DNA of 64,000 nt from Candidatus Magasanikbacteria bacterium CG_4_10_14_0_2_um_filter_41_10 (GTDB lineage Bacteria; Patescibacteriota; Patescibacteriia; Magasanikbacterales; UBA922). The notes beneath the pieces are model-generated. The model searched no databases and had not been told where the DNA came from. It worked only from the letters and a program-made list of their open reading frames with translations. A program made the translations under genes and the position numbers. Below are positions 56,508 to 64,000 of this stretch, piece after piece; the first letter of the stretch is position 1; each line of letters starts with the position of its first letter. The stretch lies in contig PFPJ01000055.1 of assembly GCA_002792995.1 (NCBI GenBank), forward strand, positions 293 through 64,292. The letters are read 5' to 3'.

Positions 56508-56858
56508 ATGCTCACAAAGCGAAAAAAGCAGAACGTGATCAAGAAGTATCAAACCCACGAAGGTGATACGGGATCAAGTCAAGTGCAAATTGCTATCTTG
56601 ACGACAGAGATCGATGAATTAGTAGGTCATTTGAAAAAACATCATAAGGATCATTCTTCACGACGAGGACTCCTTCGAAAGGTAGGAGAACGACGACGAC
56701 TCCTCCGTTATTTGAAAAAGGAAGACGTAAAAGGATACGAAGCATTGGTCATTGATTTGAAACTCAAGCAAGCCAAGAAACTTGGCAAACCAATAAAGGA
56801 AGAAGACGTGTTAGAAGATTTAGAAGACGAGAATGTCACAGAAACATCAACAAAATAA
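56508..56858 (+). CDS. rpsO: 30S ribosomal protein S15 with acidic C-terminal extension
   Basis: DTGSSQVQIAILT, HKDHSSRRGLLRKVGERRRLLRYL; promoter TTGACA 56391-96 / TATAGT 56414-19. Confidence 0.97.
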   Translation: MLTKRKKQNVIKKYQTHEGDTGSSQVQIAILTTEIDELVGHLKKHHKDHSSRRGLLRKVGERRRLLRYLKKEDVKGYEALVIDLKLKQAKKLGKPIKEEDVLEDLEDENVTETSTK

Positions 56859-57414
56859 GAATCCTTTGAAACACCCCGAGCAACGTGTCGGGGTGTTTAT
56901 TGATGTCCAAAATATGTATTATTCTGCCAAAAATTTGTTTGGCAAGAAAGTCAATTTTGGGAACATCGTCCAAGAAGCTGTCGCAGGCAGAAAGCTTATT
57001 CGTGCGATTGCGTATGTGGTGAGAACGGAAAGTCAAGATGAACAACCATTTTTTGAAGCACTGTACAATCTTGGGATCGAAACGCGAGAAAAAGATTTAC
57101 AAATCTTTAGTTCTGGAAATAAAAAAGCAGATTGGGATGTTGGGCTTACTGTGGATGCGATTCGACTTGCTCCAAGCCTCGACGCTGTCGTGATTGTCTC
57201 GGGTGATGGTGATTATGTCCCTTTGGTGGAATATTTGCAAAAAAGTTCAGGCAAACAAGTAGAGGTGGTTGCGTTTGGAGAAACGACCTCAGGGTGGCTT
57301 ATCGAAAGTGCAGATGATTTTGTTGATTTGTCATTGGATCAAGCGAAGTTTACGATCCCAGATCGTACGGCAGCAAAACGACGACTCAATGGAGAAATAA
57401 AAAATTTAAAATAA
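56833..57414 (+). CDS. NYN (LabA/DUF88) domain protein
   Basis: VFIDVQNMY, KADWDV, VSGDGDY, ADDFVDL. Confidence 0.92.
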   Translation: MSQKHQQNKNPLKHPEQRVGVFIDVQNMYYSAKNLFGKKVNFGNIVQEAVAGRKLIRAIAYVVRTESQDEQPFFEALYNLGIETREKDLQIFSSGNKKADWDVGLTVDAIRLAPSLDAVVIVSGDGDYVPLVEYLQKSSGKQVEVVAFGETTSGWLIESADDFVDLSLDQAKFTIPDRTAAKRRLNGEIKNLK

Positions 57415-57605
57415 TTCAATTCATCTAATAAAATTTCCAATAAGGGAAAAGAACTATTTGGCATTTTACTAGGTGAATTGAGAATTAAAAATTTGTTAAT
57501 TAAAACATGTTGATCTTGAGAAATCTAGGTCCGAGACCTGTGTATCACAAAGGTACGCGGTAACGATCTATCTTTTCCAGATCAGCACCTAAATCAAGCT
57601 GATCT

Positions 57606-59822
57606 ATGCTCGATGTAAAACAATGGTCTACCGAGTGGGGTGGACGCACGCTGACGATTGAAGTTGGCAAACTTGCACTCCAAGCGAATGCAAGCTGTAC
57701 TGTCCGATATGGCGACACGATGATATTGGCTACGGCCATCATGTCGAGTCGAAAAAGCGACATGGATTTTTTTCCGCTCTCTGTAGAGTTTCAAGAGAAA
57801 CTTTCTGCAGCAGGAAAAATCAAAGGATCTCGTTTTATGAAACGTGAAGGTCGCCCAAGTGATTGGGTTGTTTTGACTGGACGTGTGATTGATCGATCGA
57901 TTCGACCACTTTTTGATGATACGATGCGAAATGAGATTCAGGTGATTTTGACACCTCTTTCTATTGATGGCACTGCAGAAACACAAGCGGTGAGTTTGAT
58001 TGCTGCATCTACAGCACTCTCCATGTCAAATATTCCTTGGAATGGCCCTATTGGTGGTGCCGTGATTGGAAGAAAAGATGGAAATTTGATTCTCAATCCA
58101 ACTGATGAAATGCTCAAAGAAGGAGATCTCGACCTTGTTGTCGCAGGATCACCAGAAAAACTGGTGATGGTAGAAGCTGGGTCAACAGAAATTGTTGATA
58201 CCGAATTTGTCGATGCAATGAAATGGGGATGTGCAGAATTGCAACCAGTAATTGACCTGATAAAAAAGGTACAATCAGAAATCGGACAAGAAAAAGTATA
58301 TCCATCTGCAGATGCAGACGAAGCAACGGATGTTGCAGATGCAAAAAAGAAAGCAGAAGCATTCCTCGCATCGGTTGCTGATACCATGATCTTTGATTCT
58401 GTAAAAACAGGACGAAAAGAACGAGTCGCAATGGTAAGTGCTATCGAAGAAGCAACCAGTGCACACCTGCTCGAACAAGGGGTAGAAGAAGATATCGTAA
58501 AACTTGCATTGAAAAAAGTAAGTTATCTTGTTGGAGCTGAAATTACCAAACGAATTTTAGAAAAAGACCAACGACTTGATGGACGAACACTTACTGAAGT
58601 TCGCCCACTCAATATCGAAGTAGATCTCATTCCTCGTGTTCATGGCTCTGCTATGTTTATGCGCGGTGATACACAAGTCCTGACGACAGTCACCCTTGGG
58701 GCTCCTGGAGATATTCAGCTACTCGACGATATGATGGAAGACGGTCTGAAACGATACATGCACCATTATTCTGATGCGCCATTTACGTATGGTGAAACAG
58801 GATGGATGCGTGGACCAAGTCGACGAGCTATCGGGCACGGTGCACTCGCAGAGCGCGCTGTTGAACCAATGCTTCCACTCGAAGCATCTTTTCCATACGC
58901 TATTCGTACGACCAGTGAAGTGCTCGGATCCAATGGATCGAGTTCTATGGCATCGACGTGTGCATCGACACTGTCACTCATGGCAGCGGGTGTTCCACTC
59001 ATCAAACCTGTTGCAGGTATTGCGATGGGGCTTGCGTCTGACCTCGAAGGAACAGGCAAATGGAAAGTATTGACTGACCTCCAAGATGTAGAAGATGGCA
59101 AAGGTGGTATGGACTTCAAGATCGCAGGAACCGTAGACGGTATTACTGCTGTTCAGATGGATACGAAAACACAAGGATTGACATGGGATATTGTGGAACA
59201 AGCATTTGCTCAGTCTGTTGTTGCTCGCCGAGATATTTTGGCACAAATGAAGGCTGTGATCGCAGAACCACGAGCAGAACTTTCTGAATATGCACCACGT
59301 ATTGTCACCATTCAAATTGATCCAGAAAAAATTGGAGATATTATTGGACCTGGTGGAAAGACAATCAAGAAGCTTACGGCAGATACCGGAGTCACAATCG
59401 ACATCGAACAAGATGGTCGTGTGCTTCTTACGTCAAACGACGCTGATGCTATGGCAGAAGCAGTGCGCCAGATTGAGATGATTACAAAGACGGTCGAAGC
59501 TGGAGAAATCTATGATGGAGAAGTCGTTCGTATTGAAGACTTCGGAGCTTTCGTATCACTTACCCCAAATAAAGACGGTCTGGTTCACGTGAGTGAAATC
59601 TCATGGGAGCGCACTGATAAACCAAGCGATGTTCTCAAACTTGGGCAGAAAGTAAAAGTAAAAGTAAAAGAAATTGATAATCTTGGTCGTGTGAATCTGA
59701 CCATGAAGGAACTCACCGAAAAGCCAGAAGGTTACGTCCCTCCACCACCGCGACCACCACGGACTGGTGGCGACCGCAACGGTGGATCTCGTGGACCACG
59801 AAAATCATTTGGAGGACGGTAG
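57606..59822 (+). CDS. pnp: Polyribonucleotide nucleotidyltransferase
   Basis: DFFPLSV, IDRSIRPLF, HGSAMF, SNGSSSMAS, MDFKIAG, KH and S1 domains. Confidence 0.98.
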   Translation: MLDVKQWSTEWGGRTLTIEVGKLALQANASCTVRYGDTMILATAIMSSRKSDMDFFPLSVEFQEKLSAAGKIKGSRFMKREGRPSDWVVLTGRVIDRSIRPLFDDTMRNEIQVILTPLSIDGTAETQAVSLIAASTALSMSNIPWNGPIGGAVIGRKDGNLILNPTDEMLKEGDLDLVVAGSPEKLVMVEAGSTEIVDTEFVDAMKWGCAELQPVIDLIKKVQSEIGQEKVYPSADADEATDVADAKKKAEAFLASVADTMIFDSVKTGRKERVAMVSAIEEATSAHLLEQGVEEDIVKLALKKVSYLVGAEITKRILEKDQRLDGRTLTEVRPLNIEVDLIPRVHGSAMFMRGDTQVLTTVTLGAPGDIQLLDDMMEDGLKRYMHHYSDAPFTYGETGWMRGPSRRAIGHGALAERAVEPMLPLEASFPYAIRTTSEVLGSNGSSSMASTCASTLSLMAAGVPLIKPVAGIAMGLASDLEGTGKWKVLTDLQDVEDGKGGMDFKIAGTVDGITAVQMDTKTQGLTWDIVEQAFAQSVVARRDILAQMKAVIAEPRAELSEYAPRIVTIQIDPEKIGDIIGPGGKTIKKLTADTGVTIDIEQDGRVLLTSNDADAMAEAVRQIEMITKTVEAGEIYDGEVVRIEDFGAFVSLTPNKDGLVHVSEISWERTDKPSDVLKLGQKVKVKVKEIDNLGRVNLTMKELTEKPEGYVPPPPRPPRTGGDRNGGSRGPRKSFGGR

Positions 59823-59931
59823 CATTATAGACAATAATTATATATAAGAAAGTTCTCCTTAGGAGAGCTTTCTTATTTGACGAATAATAACTTCGGAAGT
59901 AGTATGATATTAGAAATTGAGAATGAGTAGT

Positions 59932-60534
59932 ATGTTCTCAGGTATTATACAATCAATTGCACCCATTTCGTCTCTCAAAAAAAATGAGCATGGTGCAACA
60001 CTCGCACTTCATTTCAACGAAGCGTTGCTTCGTGATCTCAACATTGGTGCGAGTGTGTCTGTAGCAGGAGTGTGTCTGACGGTGATAAACATTGAAAATA
60101 ATACTGTATCATTTGACCTTACCGAAGAAACACTCACTGTAACTACACTTGCAAATTTGAAAGAATTAGACGTTCTAAACATAGAACGATCAATAAAAGT
60201 CGGAGATGAAATCGGTGGACATCTTCTCTCCGGTCATGCACATAGCATTGCAACTCTTCTTGAAAAGAATGATAATGGTATATTGAAATTTCAACTGCCG
60301 GAAGAACTCAAAAAATTTGTGATAGAAAAGGGATTCATCGCACTCAATGGAGCAAGTCTTACTGTCATTGATTATGATATTGCATCTGGAACGTTTTCAG
60401 TCGCATTTATTCCTGAGACACTTCGGGCGACAACGTTTGGAACCTTGCATGTTGGAGATTACGTGAATGTGGAGGTAGATCAGCAGACACGAGCAGTCGT
60501 CGAGACCGTAGAACGAGTTTTGGCCCAGAGATAA
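59932..60534 (+). CDS. ribE: Riboflavin synthase (alpha chain)
   Basis: MFSGII start, GVCLTV, LNIERS, GGHLLSGH, KGFIALNGASLT, IPETL, VNVEVD. Confidence 0.92.
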   Translation: MFSGIIQSIAPISSLKKNEHGATLALHFNEALLRDLNIGASVSVAGVCLTVINIENNTVSFDLTEETLTVTTLANLKELDVLNIERSIKVGDEIGGHLLSGHAHSIATLLEKNDNGILKFQLPEELKKFVIEKGFIALNGASLTVIDYDIASGTFSVAFIPETLRATTFGTLHVGDYVNVEVDQQTRAVVETVERVLAQR

Positions 60535-60575
60535 GCCTTGATTTTTCTTGCAATGTGTGGTTTACTGTGCCCCAT

Positions 60576-60660
60576 GCCGACGTGGTGAAATTGGTATACA
60601 CGCCTGCCTTAGGAGCAGGTACCGAAAGGTGTGAGAGTTCGAGTCTCTCCGTCGGCACCA
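60576..60660 (+). tRNA. tRNA-Leu (anticodon TAG)
   Basis: GCCGACG/CGTCGGC acceptor, CCTGC-CT-TAG-GA-GCAGG, variable arm, GTTCGAGTC, encoded CCA. Confidence 0.96.
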
Positions 60661-60702
60661 ATAGCATAAGTTGAAAAAAGAGATAACTTTTATTCCAATC
60701 CA

Positions 60703-62142
60703 ATGAAACAGCACGTTGTGGAAAAAGGAATATCCATCTCATTGATTATCCCGGCTAAAAATGAAGAAGCCTATCTTCGTGCATGTTTAGATTCAGTAGC
60801 ACAACAGACGCTTCATCCGATAGAGATCATTGTGGTAGATAATGGAAGTACGGACAACACAGCAGACATCGTGAAATCGTATGACGGTGTTGTATATATT
60901 CATGAACCCAGACCAGGACTGCCACAGGCTCGGCAAGCTGGACTTGACGCCTCAACTGGTTCTTGGCTTGTGTATATTGATGCAGATTCTCGATTGCCAA
61001 AGGATTACCTTGAACAAATTGTGAATGCACTAGATGGGCAAGCTGATGTTGTCGCCGTGAGCAATCCATCACGATTTTATGATGGCACACGAGTACTCGA
61101 TGTATTTATCCGTTTGTTCTTTTTTAACTTTTCAGTATTAGCACGATTGGGATTGGTTCGATTTATTTTTGGAGGAAGTTTTGCTATTCGAAGAACAGCA
61201 CTTGTTGATTTGGGAGGGTTTAATACTGATATTCATTTTTATGGTGAAGACACTGATCTAACGAGACGGATGCAAGATGTAGGTCGTATTGTCTATGTAC
61301 CTGATGCGTGGAATAGTACTTCGGCAAGGCGATATAAAGAATTGGGATTTTGGAAAACCATCTGGTATTATGCATCCGTCTATATGCGTATGTCGGTATT
61401 TGATATGGTTCATTCATTTTTTTTTGCGGATCGTTCATTTGTTATACGACGTGTGTTTGCAGCGTTTGCTATCGTCGTAAGCACCATTACGTTTTATGGT
61501 TTTTTTAGCCCAGCATCTCAAGTGTTTGGAAAAACAGAACGAACGTTGCCATTGCAAGAAATTTCAGAAAAAACAGTTGCCTTAACGTTTGATGATGGCC
61601 CGAATGGTACGTATACTGAACAAGTGTTGGATATATTGGAACGAGAACAAATTCACGCTACATTTTTTCTTATTGGAAAAAATGCTGAAGCCTATCCAGA
61701 CATTGTAAAAAGAATAGCGTCAGACGGAGATGTGATTGGAAATCATAGTTATTCACATTCATTTTTTCTCCCATTTTATCAAGAGAAAAAGGCTGAACAA
61801 GAACTTGCTCTTACCAACACGATCATTACCGATGAGACAGGCGTCACGCCGACATTATTTCGTCCTCCACATGGGTGGAAAACACCACACCTATTACATG
61901 CCGCCAGAAAAGAAGGATTGACCGTTGTGACATGGAATGACATGACTATTGATTATGTTGCATATGTAAAATCAGGAAAGATTGCAAAGGAAATATTGGA
62001 AGGGGTAAAACCTGGTTCGATAATTGTATTGCATGATGGATTGAATCTGCTCAGTGATATTGATCGACGGCAAACGATTGATGCCTTGGAAGTTATTATA
62101 AAAACATTGAAAGAAGAAGGATATTCGTTTGTGACCCTATAG
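60703..62142 (+). CDS. GT2 glycosyltransferase fused to NodB polysaccharide deacetylase
   Basis: IIPAKNEE, VDNGSTD, IDAD, GEDTD, TSARR; TM; ALTFDDGP, GNHSYSH, FRPPHG, IVLHDG. Confidence 0.9.
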   Translation: MKQHVVEKGISISLIIPAKNEEAYLRACLDSVAQQTLHPIEIIVVDNGSTDNTADIVKSYDGVVYIHEPRPGLPQARQAGLDASTGSWLVYIDADSRLPKDYLEQIVNALDGQADVVAVSNPSRFYDGTRVLDVFIRLFFFNFSVLARLGLVRFIFGGSFAIRRTALVDLGGFNTDIHFYGEDTDLTRRMQDVGRIVYVPDAWNSTSARRYKELGFWKTIWYYASVYMRMSVFDMVHSFFFADRSFVIRRVFAAFAIVVSTITFYGFFSPASQVFGKTERTLPLQEISEKTVALTFDDGPNGTYTEQVLDILEREQIHATFFLIGKNAEAYPDIVKRIASDGDVIGNHSYSHSFFLPFYQEKKAEQELALTNTIITDETGVTPTLFRPPHGWKTPHLLHAARKEGLTVVTWNDMTIDYVAYVKSGKIAKEILEGVKPGSIIVLHDGLNLLSDIDRRQTIDALEVIIKTLKEEGYSFVTL

Positions 62143-62147
62143 ACACT

Positions 62148-62438
62148 ATGAATACGCAAGACGCACGATATCTTTCTGCATCTCTGCGAGGAGATAGTAT
62201 GCCTACAGTAGATTTGCATACAGCGTCATCTCCTGGTGATGCTGATATGCAACTTGAAAAGGCTTTATTTTTTTTTGTTTCTCACCATGAGCAGGCATGT
62301 CGTGTGGTGCATGGAATAGGGGAAGGAGTCCTTACCAAGATGGTACATCGTGTATTAACAAAAAATCCTCTGGTGGAGGATTTTCAATTATCTGCTGATG
62401 GGGGCAGTACCATTGTGTTGCTTGGTTCTATTCGATAG
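62148..62438 (+). CDS. Smr/MutS2-domain protein
   Basis: VDLH, VVHGIGEGVL, GGSTIV. Confidence 0.85.
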   Translation: MNTQDARYLSASLRGDSMPTVDLHTASSPGDADMQLEKALFFFVSHHEQACRVVHGIGEGVLTKMVHRVLTKNPLVEDFQLSADGGSTIVLLGSIR

Positions 62439-63072
62439 GCAATACGCGTATTGCTTCTATCGTACCCTCGAGATCATACGGGGCTTTGTCCCATGTTGTG
62501 TAGGTAAGTTCACGATCGCCAGAGAATTGGACATCATCTGTAAAGGCAGTACAGACACTTCCACAGGAAAAGTTCACTTTTGCATCATACAATAGTGTAT
62601 CACCGGTTTTCATATTCAGGACGCCTATTTTTGTGAGCAGGGGATATTCTTGTTGTGAAATTTCAACAAAGGCAAGTCTGTCTCCTGTATCGTTCCATAC
62701 GAGCGGACCTACACCGTCGATGATACTTCCATATATATATTCTGCGCTGCTAAATGACTCCGCTCCTATTTCGTATACATGAACGCCGGCTTCATTTGTA
62801 AATGCAAGCATTTTTTTATCTTTTGACAGAACAGGTGGAATGGCAGAACACGTTGATGCCATTGTTACACCGAGAGGAACTTCAACAGGAATGCCATTTT
62901 CAACGAGTTCATACGAAAAACAAGATCCTTCATCAGCATGTTGCACAATTTCTCTTGACGATGGATCGGATGGAAGGACTTTTTCTGGTGTGTTATTGGT
63001 TTGTTGTGGCAAAGAAGATCCACAACCACTCAGCGTAAGGAGAGCCACAAAAACGAAAAAGAGGTGTTTCAT
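62428..63072 (-). CDS. Hypothetical exported/lipoprotein
   Basis: Signal ending LSGCG; beta-propeller-like segments. Confidence 0.7.
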   Translation of the reverse strand: MKHLFFVFVALLTLSGCGSSLPQQTNNTPEKVLPSDPSSREIVQHADEGSCFSYELVENGIPVEVPLGVTMASTCSAIPPVLSKDKKMLAFTNEAGVHVYEIGAESFSSAEYIYGSIIDGVGPLVWNDTGDRLAFVEISQQEYPLLTKIGVLNMKTGDTLLYDAKVNFSCGSVCTAFTDDVQFSGDRELTYTTWDKAPYDLEGTIEAIRVLPIE

Positions 63073-63078
63073 ATAGTA

Positions 63079-63546
63079 TTAGTAATGATATTTCCCTTTG
63101 CCTATCATGACACTTCTATACACCTGTTCCAACAAAATCGTTCGCACCATGTTGTGAGGAAACGTGAGTTGTGAAAGCGAAAGTTGCAAGTGTGCTTTTT
63201 CAAGAATGCTTTTGTGGAGCCCAAGTGGACCCCCAATAACAAACGTCACAGGCAAGCCTTGCTCTGTTTTTTTCTCGAGCAGCGTCGCAAGTTCTGGAGA
63301 TGTCATCTCTTTTCCACGCTCGTGAAGTGCAATGATCACTGGATGGTCGCCTGCTGTTTTTAAGATTTTTTCAGCCTCCTTTTTCTGAATGTTTTCTCGT
63401 TCATTGACAGAAGAAAATGCTTCTTCCTTCAATTCTGTGAGAGTTATTTTTGCATAGGGTGTTAGACGCTTGAGATATTCTGCCTCAGCATCTTTCCAGT
63501 ACGTTTCTTTCAATTTTCCGAGAGTGATTATTTGTATGTTGAACAT
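63079..63546 (-). CDS. rlmH: 23S rRNA m3Psi1915 methyltransferase RlmH
   Basis: GKLKE, EYLKRL, FVIGGPLG, LSLSQLTFPH, LLEQVYR, YHY. Confidence 0.96.
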   Translation of the reverse strand: MFNIQIITLGKLKETYWKDAEAEYLKRLTPYAKITLTELKEEAFSSVNERENIQKKEAEKILKTAGDHPVIIALHERGKEMTSPELATLLEKKTEQGLPVTFVIGGPLGLHKSILEKAHLQLSLSQLTFPHNMVRTILLEQVYRSVMIGKGKYHY

Positions 63547-63558
63547 AGTGTGAATAAA

Positions 63559-63713
63559 TTCCTCCCCTACCAGGGGAGGTTAGGAGGGGTCTTCGAAGTG
63601 TGTATACATATATATAAAGTATATCGTATCTCGAAGAAAAATAATGTTCATATAGTTTGTACATTGTGTTTCTTGCAAAAGACCCCCTCTAGCTCCCCCT
63701 GATAGGGGGAGAG
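63559..63713. repeat. Pair of inverted REP-like repeats (MITE-like)
   Basis: Minus strand AGACCCCTCCTAACCTCCCCTGGTAGGGGAGG (63592-63561) and plus strand AGACCCCCTCTAGCTCCCCCTGATAGGGGGAG (63680-63711) flank an AT-rich spacer. Confidence 0.65.
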
Positions 63714-63714
63714 T

Positions 63715-64000
63715 CTACACATGTATCCACCAGCGCATAAGGGGACCGCCATGCATCTCTGAATCAATAGTATCTTGGTGTACCCCACCAAATTTTTGAA
63801 TAACTTTTTGTGATACGATATTGTGTGTATCACACGTGACCAGCAGTTTTTTTAAGCCAAGCTTTTTTGCTTCTTCGAGTACTTGCTGCACCGCCCATGT
63901 CCCAACACCTTTTCCCCTTGCCTCTGGTATCAAATAGTACCCGAGATGGCCTCCATAATGCATCAGATGTTCGTTTAGCTCATGTCTCAAGGATACACGT
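63715..64000 (-). CDS. GNAT acetyltransferase (C-terminal part, runs off window end)
   Basis: RHELNEHLMHYGGHLGYYLIPEARGKG...LVTCD..N..SQKVIQKFGG...RWWI. Confidence 0.85.
   Translation of the reverse strand, partial: RVSLRHELNEHLMHYGGHLGYYLIPEARGKGVGTWAVQQVLEEAKKLGLKKLLVTCDTHNIVSQKVIQKFGGVHQDTIDSEMHGGPLMRWWIHV

Noticed and set aside
1806-59931. Longer N-termini in the ORF track (e.g. 1806, 8786, 11004, 18615, 32504, 53898, 59917)
   Set aside because: They run through promoters or neighbouring genes; downstream ATGs match family N-termini or SD positions.
1-64000. Retron, DGR or transposase as mobiliser of the GC-rich cassettes
   Set aside because: No reverse transcriptase, transposase or site-specific recombinase ORF recognised in this window; one could lie elsewhere in the genome.

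Overview
Origin-proximal 64 kb of an AT-rich, small-genome bacterium, most likely Patescibacteria/CPR (inferred from gene set, the pilB-pilC-pilMNO block, extended S6/S15/L34 and housekeeping genes lacking Shine-Dalgarno motifs). The backbone is dnaA/oriC-rpmH-rnpA-yidD, tig, comM, rmuC, ychF, type IV pilus genes, rpsF-ssb-rpsR, a glycan cluster, recA, ftsK, rpoBC, yebC-ruvC, rpsO-NYN-pnp and rlmH, plus three tRNAs and four parS-like palindromes. The most striking feature is a dispersed set of about 8-9 GC-rich orphan genes. Each has an SD motif and a C at -1 of its ATG, whereas backbone genes have no SD and a T at -1. Most have an AT-rich sigma70-like promoter and GC-rich 3' hairpins. Two adjacent, unrelated orphan ORFs (43.4-46.0 kb) sit in homologous wrappers: a similar promoter, a similar 5' leader and a covarying structured 3' element with a 26-bp identical block. 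No integrase, transposase, reverse transcriptase or CRISPR array was seen. Products were assigned by motif recognition only, and GC content was judged by eye.
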